From Selaginella moellendorffii (Eukaryota; Plantae; Lycopodiophyta): a DNA stretch of 64,000 nt. Position numbers and translations under genes: made by a program. The notes below the pieces were generated by a model. The model had not been told where the DNA came from. It was given only the letters and a program-made list of their open reading frames with translations, and searched no databases. This document shows, one piece after another, positions 45,098 to 57,459 of this stretch; position 1 is the first letter of the stretch; each line of letters begins with the position of its first letter. The stretch covers positions 124,001 through 188,000 of the forward strand of contig NW_003314309.1 in NCBI RefSeq assembly GCF_000143415.4. Reading direction: 5' to 3'.

Positions 45098-47329
45098 GCT
45101 GTGTTTTCTTTCTTTTTTCCCTGTGGAGAACAAAAGCTTCCAGGAGAAAAGAAACCAGTTCTTACCCTTGATACTTGGGAGTCTCCAAGGTCTAGAAAAA
45201 AAAGAGAGAGAAGCAAAGAAATTGGTATCACTGCGTTACTAGTCAGATCCGAGCTCCAAAGAATCCGTCCACATCAGCAATCCAAAAGAAAAGAGAAAGA
45301 AAGCTCAAACCTTTCTGCAGCATGTTAAGATCCTTGAGCCCTCCAAGAGCGGTGCATCTATCCCTGCCCTCTCCAAATCCTGGCGCCTACCACACCCAAT
45401 GGTGTGTGGGACGAGGCTATTGCCACTGGCCAGCATCGCTCGGTACAGAATCTCGCCTTAGCGGCCAAGAAGATTTCCCATTTAGCCCTAAATTCTGACA
45501 CCTCTTCATCTGGCAATTGGATGATTTTATCTGACTCATTCATTTTGACAGCATTTAATGAGCCAGCTGAGGCAAATGATATACACTTCTAGGAGTCACT
45601 GAGGTATAGAAGTATCTGTGCTGATATCCTTGATCACAGAACTTTGGATATCTAAAACTATTCCCATCCAAAAGTTTTACTTGATCAATCACCATGGATA
45701 GCATATGATTTTCCTCTCCTTCCTTAATATTGAACCACTGAACTTTAAAAATAATTCTCTTGAATGATCTAAACTTTACCTCATAAATATAAAAGGTATC
45801 TATAATAATAAGAACGAATAACCCAAACCCCTGCAGCCGTCTGGGGCAGCCTCGGAAGCCATGGTTCTCAACAAGGGGAGGCCAGCTTAGGCTTTGGCCA
45901 GGGCCGGTGGCCATGGTTAGCGGGAATATTGGCTCAATGTTGTGGCGGCCAATGGGTGGGATGCATGCGTGGCAGGGAAGGGAAGAGGGCGTGGTGACAT
46001 GTGTTATGCCATGCACTCCTAGGGCTCCATTGGTGCTCTGGTCGGACACGGTTGTGTGGGCATTTCCGGGAGAGCCTGTGCATGGTAAGTAACAGGGGCG
46101 GGTAGAATGGTAGTCGGGCACACAATCCAGGCTCCTCTTGGGATCAACTCAGGACTGTGAGAGGCAAATTGGCTCATCTCCAACTCAGCAAAGCTTTGAT
46201 CCCTGTTTGCCATTGCCTCACGAGCTCTTTGGCCTGTAGGAAAGCAATTATCAAGGACACTCCCTCTTCATCCCTGGATTCTCTCGAGGAATCCCTTGTT
46301 GCTGGGCCTGGTGAGGGATTGTTGTTTCAGCACATGCTCGGGATCAACTCCATTTGTAGGAACCTGTTTTGAGTTGACGTAGGGCTGTCGAGTGGCTGTG
46401 CCAGCCAACACTGCTCCTGAAGTTTTGGAAATCTGACATGGCACTGATGTCTGGGTTCTCTCGAAAGAGAAGGAGAGAAGCAGAAGGTGCCACCGCAAGC
46501 ATCCCGCCAACTGTTGGGAAAGGATGGGAAAGCTGGCATCAATCGATTTGTTGCAGTAGCCCATGGATAAAACTGTAGTCCATGGATAGATGTATGACAT
46601 TATAGTCAGCATTCCAGAATCAATCCTAAGATAAATTTGTTTAGTATGATCATGTTAAACTAACAAAATTCACCTACATTGTCTGGAGTTCAGTCAAGCC
46701 TACAAATGATGGAACTGGCTGAGGAGAAAAGGAGTTGTTTCCAATGCTTCTGTTATGCATACACATGCATCAGGTAAACTCCAAGTTAAGAAGAAATATT
46801 ACATTAGTTGGAGAGCTTTCAACCTGCTTAGATCAGGTAACGTTCCAGTAAAAGCATTATCATTGATGTGTCTGTAAATGAAACAAAACTTGAGTGCAAA
46901 GTAGTTACCATATTAGCTATTTACATTTCAAAGAGGGTTGATATCCGCCCCAAACTGCTCGGCAATGATCCAGCAAATCGATTTTTGTCAAGTCTCCTGA
47001 AAATACATCTCTGGAGAAGTTCCCGATGAAATTGGAAACTTTTCCAAGCTGACCATCATGTAAGTCATTGATGGCTAGAATACAATCTCGTGTAATAGAG
47101 CAGTTATTGTCCAGTAACCTGAAGGACAACAGGTCCAAAAACCTCCATGAAAATGAGAAAAATACGTACAAGTGCCTGAGTTCAGGTAAGAAATATATTT
47201 CTGGTGCGTCCACCTCTTTGTAAACCACCCAGCATTTGCTGGGCAAGTACTCGTAAAAAACTAAGATAGATCAAAATACATACCTGGAAAATCAATATGA
47301 GGTTGTTGTGGATTCCTTAACGTAATTAT

Positions 47330-50030
47330 AATGCTGTCCATTGTTTTCTTATTTGCATCAATTTGAGAAACTCTAAAATGCTTTCCATTAATCTAATATA
47401 CTGTATAACTCATGGCCTAAAATTTAAAACTAATTAATGATTAATTAATGTTAATTATGACTTTGCATCCATTACCCAAATCCTTAAAAACATTTGATAT
47501 TGATTCACCTCTTTGAATAGTATATTGTATGATTTCATATATAATAGCCATAATAGGTAATAGTGGTAGCTATTTTAAATTTTCAGGAATCTATTAGTTT
47601 GGATGGTCAATAACATATTGCATTCTTGCATTATCTCTTTCAATTCTTGCTTGTTGATACTTTTGAAGGATAAGTTGCATTTCCTCTTCATTAAAGTAAA
47701 TATATAGAGAACTATTTTCATATGCTTCTTAACTAAGTTGAATTTGTTTTCCTAGATGCTACAATCGAATACTACTATAATCAAATGGAGATATAAACTA
47801 TGAAATACTTAAGCAAATTAGAACTAAAATATTATGCATATAAAAACTCTTTCTTAATAGCAGACCTTCAGCTATAGATCTTCAAGTTTTACTTTTTGTC
47901 TTACCAAAGATTTTAAAACCCTTAAATAACACTCAATAAAAAATATATTTCAGCTAGTTCTAGGACCAACCATCTTTAACTCATCAATTAACTATACTAA
48001 TAAATGAACTTGTGTTGTCATAGCTGTTGTAAATAATGTTGCTTCCAATAAACACACATAAATGATAGACTTTTCTTTCATAATAGGTTTCAAAGATCTA
48101 TCTACTTCTTGAGCAGTTTAAAATCTAATTAAAATTAAAATTAATTGAATTAAAAAAATTAAATCAATTATTACCATACAACTTCTCCAAGAAAATATAT
48201 TGCATCCTGTAATTGAGGTGTTGTGTTTCCCATTATAAAAATGAGATAAAAATCCTACTAAATATGTTAATTTACGTTTTAGTAAATTTAGAAACTTATT
48301 TATAGTAAATAAAGCCAATTGTTTTCATACCTATTAAATTACCTTTCTCATCGACACAATTTGAAATTCAGTTCCATATGTTTTAAGCACTTTAAAAGCC
48401 TCTATATTATCAATAAATAATTTATTTTAATAATTTGTTAATGTCAAAATTCCATGCTTAATTTTTCCATCACATCACAACCATATGTTTTACTTTATTC
48501 TGCGCATAACTAAGTCTTTTCTAGTACTTAATTCATCAATTTTACCAGTAATAGTTTTATATATAGTTTGAAAAACATTCTTAAATATATGCATGTAATC
48601 CTTTAAAAATGCTACTGGCAACTTATAAAAATATAGAAGTTGATAAAATGTGAATATAACCATTTCATACTATTAGGTAACAATATTTGATCTTCTTGTC
48701 TAACCAAATAATAATATGTTGCCTAACGTTTTGGAGTCATTTGTCCTAGTATTGGTCAAATATAATTATGACCATTAAATAAACTAATTAAAATTTAATT
48801 TTAATTTATGTTTTAGAAATAATAACTAAAATCTTATATTCTATTAGTAGACCTAAATGGATGATCCATAGGTAAGAAACACCAATATCCAATATATATA
48901 TGCATATTTATAAACTTCGTGACTATATTCCAAGGATCTAGGTCCACAGTTTAGGTAAAAGTATTTTCCTATTAATTTGAACTCCTGAATAAAATCATAA
49001 TCCAAGAAAATTATGAATAAACTATCACATTGCTTCTCTAAGCTTAAAAAACTGTTAACCCTCTAACTTAGAATTATCTTTGCATGGCACTCCATCCCAT
49101 AATTGTTTTAACTCTTCCAAAAATAATAACCAATAAATATTAAGTACCTTAGGAAGTTTTGGGCCTAGAAAAATTATAGATATAAATATTTCAATTTATT
49201 TTTTTAAACTAATACCTAGTATAATCATAATAAGGAATATAAATGAAGGCTTAATTGCTAGAGTTGGTGGTATATTATTATTAATTGCAACAATTGCCTA
49301 ACATGAATATATTTTTGCCATTAATTTTGTTGGAGAAAGATCATCTGCAGCCATACTAAGATGTATATTTCTTGGATCTACTGCAAAATCTGGATAATCA
49401 TCTTCGAATTTTATTTTAAGTTGAACCATCTGCAGGCATTTTCATTATTCCATTAGTGGATTGATGATAAAATGATAAGTTATATATTGTGTTATTTCTC
49501 TACATTGAAATTATTATTGAAGTCAAGGTATAATAGAGAAATAATGCATTATTTTCTCAGGTATATAATTGTTAAAATCTGTGTGCTTGCTAGCAATAGA
49601 AATTTGACAAAATTAAAGGTCCATATTCTCCTTATGAAATAACATAAAGTCATTGATGCATAAATCAATCTTTTTATAGGTAAGTCCATTATGTTTAGTG
49701 ATATTTACCACTTCCTTATATATATTTGAAAATGTTTATTTGTAGGAAACATTTTAGTAACAGTTTAAAAGTTGTAAATTGCAACTCTAATTAGCAACAT
49801 ATATGAGCTTATCTAGCTTTAAAGAATATGTTACTACAAATTATTATTTATATTTTAGTTGTAAAGGACAACTATAATTTCCAACTTAAATTTGAGTAAG
49901 TATAAAGCTATCACTTAAATTTTGTAACTAAAGCCAATTTGCTACTAACATTAAATTGAGTTGATTACAACTTAGATTTCCAACAAACACAAAAAAATTG
50001 TTGGAAAAACATATCATTATAATGCTTTTA
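47330..50030 (-). mobile_element. CACTA transposase relic and subterminal region preceding RLP copy 3
   Basis: Homologous to 18050-19650, 35250-36500 and 20580-20850. Confidence 0.7.
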
Positions 50031-50400
50031 CGGACTGGCAGAAGTCAAGTCTAAGTCTTCACCTGTCGAAGTCCACATTCTATCCACCGTGGCCAAAACA
50101 TCACCACCAAAAAAAATTGTGCAAAAATCTATGTTATGTAATATAGTTGATAGTCCAGTATACCAATGGCAAATCCCAAGTCCCCCATTTATTGACTAGC
50201 AAGGCTTTCATCAAGGCCCTTTGCTAGTCAATAAAGTCAATAAAGTATTTTTACAATGGTAAATCCCAAGTCCCCCACTTTATTGACTAGCTCAATTGAC
50301 TCGAAGTCAAGTGTGCCAGGAATTGATTAGCAAATGTGCGTGTAAACTCTGCAAAAAGAAGAACCTCATCTCGCACGTTCACTCTTTGATGTTCTGATCC

Positions 50401-52515
50401 ATGGCCATGTCTCTCGCGGATTTGCTGCTGCCTTTGTTTCTACTCGTCTTTCTCACAAGATCCCGGTCACAGTGCCCCACAAATCCATCCGCAATCGTGA
50501 ACGACACACAGGTTCTTCTCTCTCTCCGTGACAGGCTTGGCATCAAAGTGTGGATCGAGACTGCCAATCCAAGAGCATGGCGGGGAGTGGAGTGGAGCTC
50601 GGACAACCAAGTGGAGGGCCTCGCTCTGTCCAGGTTTAATCTCTCGGGAGTTTTTCCTGCCACCTGGGCCGAGCTTCCATCGCTGGCTCGCCTGGACCTC
50701 TCGCAAAACGGCCTCTCCTCGCTGGAAGTCCCTTGCAAAAATACGCAGCTCAACCTCCTCAACTTGAGCTCCAATTCCCTGCAAGAGTTCCCCGGAAATC
50801 TCTCCAGCCTCGAGAGTTTGGAAAGCCTGGACCTCAGTGGGAACAACTTAACAGTGGCCAGACTCCCAAAGTTTAGCTTGACGCTGCGATCGCTCAACCT
50901 GTCCATCAACAACTTAACTGGGAGCTTTTCCATTGGTGGTAACCTGGGACTGGAGACACTGGAACTCTCGCAGAACGGCCTCAGCGGCTCCATTCCAGAA
51001 ACTTTCGGGGAGATGACGAACTTGACACGCCTGGACATATCGTATAACAGGTTTAGAGGAGATCTACCCGATATTTGGAGCAAGAACTTGGAGCTCAGGT
51101 ACATGCGTATCTCCGAAAATTCGCTCCAGGGTGGTTTGCCACCGAGCTTGAGAAGGCTACGCAAGCTCTCGGAATTACGCGCTGCATACAACTCTCTCTC
51201 CGGGCCACTGGAGCTGGAAGATGGCGACTTTGCAAGCATCGAGGTTTTGCACCTCGGGCTAAACGGGTTTAGCGGAACGATCCCGGCTACGCTGGGAAAC
51301 TTGAGGAACTTGAAGATCCTGGTTCTCATGGGGAATCGTTTTAGTGGCGCCATACCTCTGGAGCTTGGAAACTGGTCGAACATCAGAGAGATATGGCTCG
51401 ACAGCAATAACTTGACTGGAACAATCCCAGGCGAGCTCTCGAAGCTCTCGCATCTCCAGAAGCTGGTTCTCAGGGGGAATCGTTTTAGTGGCGCCATACC
51501 TCCGGAGCTTGGAAACTGGTCGAACATCAGAGAGATATGTCTCGACAGCAATAACTTGACTGGAACAATCCCAGGCGAGCTCTCGAAGCTCTCGCATCTC
51601 CAAAGGGTGGTTCTCACGGGAAATCGTTTTAGTGGTGCCATACCTCCGGAGCTTGGAAACTGGTCAAACATCAGGGAGATATGGCTCAACGGCAATGATT
51701 TGACTGGAACAATCCCAGGCGAGCTCTCGAAGCTCTCACATCTCCAGCAGCTAGTTCTCAGTAGTAACGACATCGGTGGGGAGCTCCCTTCCGGACTCTC
51801 CAACTGCACCGAGCTCGTCATTCTCGGGCTGGACCAGAACAAGTTCTCTGGAAATCTCCCTGACAGCTTCGGGAATTTGAGCCGCCTGCTCCTTCTGTCG
51901 CTTTCCAGCAACGATCTTGTCGGTTCAATCCCAGCCATATTGCAAAACATGTCGTCTCTGCAGTTCCTCTTCCTCGACAACAACAGCTTCAGCGGCTCCA
52001 TACCGGACTGGCTTCCCAGGCTCACGAACTTACGAGCCATGAACTTCTCGGTTAACAGGTTCTCTGGGGAGATGCCGGAAAGCATTGGCCGACTTTTTGC
52101 CAACGTCCAGCTTTACGACCAGAACAAACGGTCTGTGATGATTCAAACCGAGCAAGGACTCGTCTACAACGGCTTCGCCTTCCCGACCTCCATAGACTTC
52201 TCCTTCAACCAGCTGACTGGAAGCATTCCAGCTGCCATTGGCGACCTCTACAAGCTCCAGGGGTTGTACCTGAGCCACAACCAGCTAACAGGTCCCATTC
52301 CCGAGTCCCTGGGGAAGGCAAGGAATCTCTCCTGGGTGGAGCTTGCGAGCAATCGTCTCAATGGCTCCATACCATCGTCCGTGGCGGACCTCTCGTTTCT
52401 CACCATCTTCGACGTCTCCAACAACAACCTGGTGGGACGGATACCTGACAGCCCGCAACTCTCGCCCATGGACGCGGCTCTCTTCGCTGGGAATCAGCTC
52501 TGTGGCTTCACATAA
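50401..52515 (+). CDS. LRR-RLP copy 3, open through the whole ectodomain (704 aa) but lacking the TM helix (secreted variant or young pseudogene)
   Basis: Paralog of copy 1 with 3 fewer LRRs; 38-bp deletion after GNQLCG shifts the frame (CGFT*), leaving the TM-coding sequence out of frame at ~52560-52630. Confidence 0.8.
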   Translation: MAMSLADLLLPLFLLVFLTRSRSQCPTNPSAIVNDTQVLLSLRDRLGIKVWIETANPRAWRGVEWSSDNQVEGLALSRFNLSGVFPATWAELPSLARLDLSQNGLSSLEVPCKNTQLNLLNLSSNSLQEFPGNLSSLESLESLDLSGNNLTVARLPKFSLTLRSLNLSINNLTGSFSIGGNLGLETLELSQNGLSGSIPETFGEMTNLTRLDISYNRFRGDLPDIWSKNLELRYMRISENSLQGGLPPSLRRLRKLSELRAAYNSLSGPLELEDGDFASIEVLHLGLNGFSGTIPATLGNLRNLKILVLMGNRFSGAIPLELGNWSNIREIWLDSNNLTGTIPGELSKLSHLQKLVLRGNRFSGAIPPELGNWSNIREICLDSNNLTGTIPGELSKLSHLQRVVLTGNRFSGAIPPELGNWSNIREIWLNGNDLTGTIPGELSKLSHLQQLVLSSNDIGGELPSGLSNCTELVILGLDQNKFSGNLPDSFGNLSRLLLLSLSSNDLVGSIPAILQNMSSLQFLFLDNNSFSGSIPDWLPRLTNLRAMNFSVNRFSGEMPESIGRLFANVQLYDQNKRSVMIQTEQGLVYNGFAFPTSIDFSFNQLTGSIPAAIGDLYKLQGLYLSHNQLTGPIPESLGKARNLSWVELASNRLNGSIPSSVADLSFLTIFDVSNNNLVGRIPDSPQLSPMDAALFAGNQLCGFT

Positions 52516-52669
52516 GCTTAGAACAGAGGGACAAGGTGGTAGCGAACAGGACCAAACAGAGGTGATAACACTTGTCAGCGTTGCGATCTTCGTGGCAGCC
52601 TTCTTCAACGCGTTCTTCTGGACCTACTTTGCGGCAAACCACAGAGCTCATTCCCATGCTGGCAATCAA

Positions 52670-55090
52670 ATCTCTAGCTCGTCCACCATGTTGCTGCCGT
52701 CCTTTCTACCTTCCAGTTCGTAATCCATCACCATCGTGTGACCGCTTGATGAAGTGAACTCTTTTTATCCGCTTTCAAGGCCGCCTCCTGTATAGTCTTG
52801 AGCTTATCATGATCCTCCCACAGCCCCGCGCTCCGGTAGATGCTCGCCATCAGAACGTATGCAGCCGAGTCATTCTCGTCGATCTTCGTCAGTGCCTCGA
52901 ACGCAATCCTCCCCACTTCCACTTACGGCAGGCCCCGAAGACGCTCCTCCAAACCACAGCATCCGCTCTCAAAGGCATGCTCTCGAGGACTTTCAAGGCC
53001 TCTTCCACTCGGTTACGAGATCCACCAAGCTGCTGTAGTGATGAATCCTGCAAACAATGCCAGAATCCGGGTCCATTGCCTGGAAAAACTCCCTGCCTCG
53101 TTCAACTAGGCCGCCGTGGCTGCAAGCAGTGATGACCGAGACAAATGTGATTGCGTTTGCTCGCACGCCATCTTCTCGCATCTCGCGAAAGGCTTCGAAC
53201 ACGCGCGGCGTGTCACCCTGTTGGCCGAATCCCGTGACCAGTGCATTCCAGGCGACGATATCTCGGACTGCCAGAGATCCAAACAAGTGCTCGGCCGCAC
53301 TCATAACTCCGCACTTCCTGTAGAAGTTTACTCCCCACAACTTGATCGTCTTCCAGCCCACGCCTGTAAAGCTCAGCCTGGAGTTTCCTTCCAGCTAGGC
53401 CGTAAGTCCCGCTACAAGAGTCTGAGAGTTTGGAGCACAGTCCACTCCAAGAGTTCCAGCCCGAGCTCACTCTCACCGTTGTCTATATATCCCTGTATCA
53501 AGCTCGTCCAAACGACAACTTCCAGGCTAGGCATGCGTTTGAAAACTGCTCGAGCTTTCACCATATCTCCACACTTGGCATACATGTCCACCAAGCTGCT
53601 CCCGACAAATCTGTGCTCGCAGCGTCCAAACTTCGCGGCGAGAGAATGAATCTCCATCCCCTTTTCTAGGCTCTGGATTCGCACTAGCTTTCCATCTTCT
53701 CACGGAACAGGTGCCTCGGACGCTGAAAGGTGGACGCAGGCCATGAGCGCAGCAACAAACGTTCTCTCGTCCGGATCGTTCTCCCGAGCCATGCCGAAGA
53801 ACAGCTCCAAGGCCAGCTTGCTGTCTCCACTTACATCGGCCAGCCATGCCATCGAAGACCTTGCGAGCTTCCTCTAGCTTCTCACACTTCGCGTACATAT
53901 CGATCAGAGTGTTCCCCACGAACACGTCCTCACAGCACCTGCTGTTTGAAGCCTCACCGTGGATAGCCACCCCGGTTTCCAAGCTCTTTCTCTTCACGAG
54001 TTTGCCGTCGACATCCACCGCTTCTTCTCGCATTGCCGAGCTCGCACAGGCGGCAAGCGCAGCAACACACGTCCGAGAGCTTGGACAGCACCCAGATAGC
54101 TTCGTATCTTCGAAGAACACGAGAGCCAGCTTGCTTTCCCCGTTGTCCACAAAGCCTTGTATCAAGCTCGTCCAGAGCACGACATCACGACGAGGCATGC
54201 TCTCGAAAACCATCCGCGCGTCGACCATGCTCCCACACTTTGAGTACCTGTCACTTGGCTGCTCCCCACGAAGATATCTCCACAGCAGTGGCTTTTCACA
54301 GCTCCATCGTGAACACCGAGCTCCTTCTCCAGGCTCTTCGTCTTCACCATCTTTTGGTGGCCTCCTCTTTCACTGCTAGATTCGCACAGCCCTTGGCAGC
54401 AGCAACGAAAGTCCGAGAGTTTGGCGAGCAGCCCATCTTCCCAAAGAACTCGAGAGCGACCTCGCTTTCTCCATTCTCTACGTATCCCAGTATCAACGCG
54501 TTCCAGGAGACCACGTCTCGCTGTGGCATCTCATCGAAGACCGATCGAGCATCGAGCATGATGCCGCACTTAGCTCGAGAGGAAAACGTCTTCGCTGCAA
54601 GACGGTCCCATCTGCTTGGCTTGAGAATGGATGCCTCTGCCGGTCTCGAGACTAGCCTCCTTGACGAGCTTCCCATCGACCAAAACAGCGTCTTCCTTCG
54701 CCGCGAGGCTGCTACAAGCCTTTGCCGCGTCCTGGAGTTTGGCTTGCAGCCCGACCGCCTGGCTTGCATCCTCTCGAAGAGATCCAGAGCCACATCGCTC
54801 TCGCCATTGGAGACGTAGCCCAGCATCAAGGACATCACGTTTGGGTGAAGAATGCTGTCGAACACGCGGCGGGAATCCTCCATGCTGCCGCATTTCGCGT
54901 ACATGTCTCCCCAGCTGCTTGCTCTCCGCCGCCTGGGCGTGGATCGCCCAGGCGCAAATTGCCCTAGCGCAAATCCCTTGTGACCTTGAACGCCGACACC
55001 TGATCGGGCGCCCGCGGCGGCGCTGCCGAAGGAGCGAATGCTGGTGCGGCGCATCGAATCGCTGCCGTCGCCAAGTCTCATCCATCGCAA
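52670..55090 (-). pseudogene. PLS-class PPR pseudogene, copy 3
   Basis: Colinear with 23695-26090; shares some frameshifts and lacks others. Confidence 0.9.
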
Positions 55091-57459
55091 GAACCCTAAA
55101 CATTTGCTAGCAACATGGAAATTCAACCAAGGCCGTCGATTCAAGAATATCTGACGGTTGGAAATGAATCGGGGTGGAAAACCTTAGGAAAAATCGCCCT
55201 GGTCGCCCTGAAACTCCGCTGAAAACAGGAACTATGGCGATCAAGCGTAATCGCTCTTAAGACTCTTACCTGTTGAGGCAGCGATTCCTGCTACTCCACC
55301 GGAGATCAAGCTCGTCACCATCCTACTCGGGCTTGAAAGTAAACATGCAACGCCAGGAGGCCTAAGCTTGTCAAAACTGTGTTTACCAATGCGATGGTGC
55401 TCTGTGCCTGTAAAGCTTTTCCAAAAATTTCTCACACTCTGAAACTAAAAATAATCCAACTTTGAGCGTTCCAGTAGTTGTAGAGAGTGTCATACAAGCA
55501 GAAGTTTATCGCAATCGTTGGGCCTATGGCAGGAGTCAAGTCTGTGGCATTTGGCAGGGAGGAAAACCAATACCAAAAGCGTCGTCAGAGTTCCTTATAA
55601 AGGCTAAGAAAGCTCTCCTGTATGTGATAGATGCGGACACACAGCAACGTCTACATGCAAGAGCACAAAAGCTGTCAAGGAAACAACCAACAACAAAGAT
55701 CACAAAGCTCAAGGTGAGGAAATTCAGGAGAAGACTTAGGAACAAGATCCTGAACATGTAACCACCTTGCAGGTTCCAAACTGACAGTCATCAAACCAGT
55801 GTAACGTGAACATGACCCAGCAGGAGCAGTCTCCAGCATCTCCACCGCACACAGCAACACTAACACAACCAGCTCTCGATGCCAACAACGATAACATGCC
55901 GCATCACCGCAAACACCACAGTTGAGAGCATCCCGAGCAGGAGTGGCACTGCAAGCCTGTGGATCTTAAGCTTGGCATTTCTCCAGTTTGTGGACAAAAT
56001 GCAGTGTCTCCAGTCAACACCATAGATGTGGATATCAGCAGATTTTTCGAAGCTTTTCGACAAGCAGATGAGCATTTTCATGCGAGACAGAGTCCAATCA
56101 GCACCTTTGTCTACCAGCCCCTAGATGTGAAGGTCATGAAGATCCAGAACCATATTCTCTAGCTCAAGAGGAGCATTCAAGGAATCTGTATGCACAAAGA
56201 CTTAGCGCATGAATAAGGAACTCCCCAAGGAGAATGCAGACCTTCGCAATGAGATCTGACAGCTCAAGGTGAAGCAGCTGTAGGGATAGGGTGCGCTACA
56301 ACAGAAGAACAAGTTCAAAAATGAGCTCTCAGCAGCAATAAAACAGCCCAATGCCATGAAGAAGTGAGAGCTTCAAGATGAAACTCAACTCAATTGTGGG
56401 AGAAAGTGGAGCATAGAAAATCAACCTTATATTTAGAAATATCATCCTAAGTCTTGAAATTTAAATCTTAAGATTGAAGAACATGTAAAATTAATTAAGG
56501 AGATGAGTTAACACTCAAACTCTATCTCTTTCTTTTGTACTTTAGCCTTCCATCATCAATGCATGTCCATTTGCTCAAAATCTAAAAAACTTAAGTGATG
56601 CTAACTTAGAGTACTTAAGTGATGCTAAGCTTATCTTTGCTCATGACTTCAACAAAAGCCTTTCTAGGGATTGAAAGACTCAAGTCATTCCTTTTTTACT
56701 TTTTATATATTTATTTGTGTTTAGCTGAAGTAAAATGCAAAATCAAGTCAAACAAGTGTAGTAGTAAGCATCCACTTTACTCTTACCTTCTTTTATTTTT
56801 CATTCTTATTTTCTTTTCCTCTTTCTTTCTTTTCTAGTACAAGCTTTTAGCATACAGACTTTTACCCAAGTTTCTAGGAATGGCTTATTTTAACATTTAA
56901 AGGAATGATTGTAAAACACATGAACTTTCAACATTTAAATTGGGATGGATATTTGCCATTTCTTTGGTATACATATATCATAGGGTATAAAGTTCCATTG
57001 GTGCTTCACCTTATAAACTTTTATATGGTCATTATTCGATACGGTTAATAGAATTGAGTTTACTTTCGTGATTGCTATAAACTGCCAATATTAAGTTTTG
57101 GGATCAATATTTGATGAGCATTCTTCCACTCATTCGAGTAGAGTTTATTAAGCACTTAGGCTGTGTATAAGTGGGATAATAACAACATAATAACTTCCAT
57201 CATCGTCCACCAATGGAGTACAAAGTGGATGATTTGGTGTTAATCCATTTTCCCAATGTTACAATATATGGTTTGTTTAAGGGGCTCTTTATTCAGTGAA
57301 AGGGACTATATTAAGTGTTCTAGTAAGTTAAACTGCACATTTTAAAAGTTTGGCAAAACATTCAACAAACTAATCCTCCAGAAATTATATATATGCAATA
57401 ACATATATTGCCTACAGCCACCACAGCCACCACCACAGCCACCACCCCAAATCTAGCAT

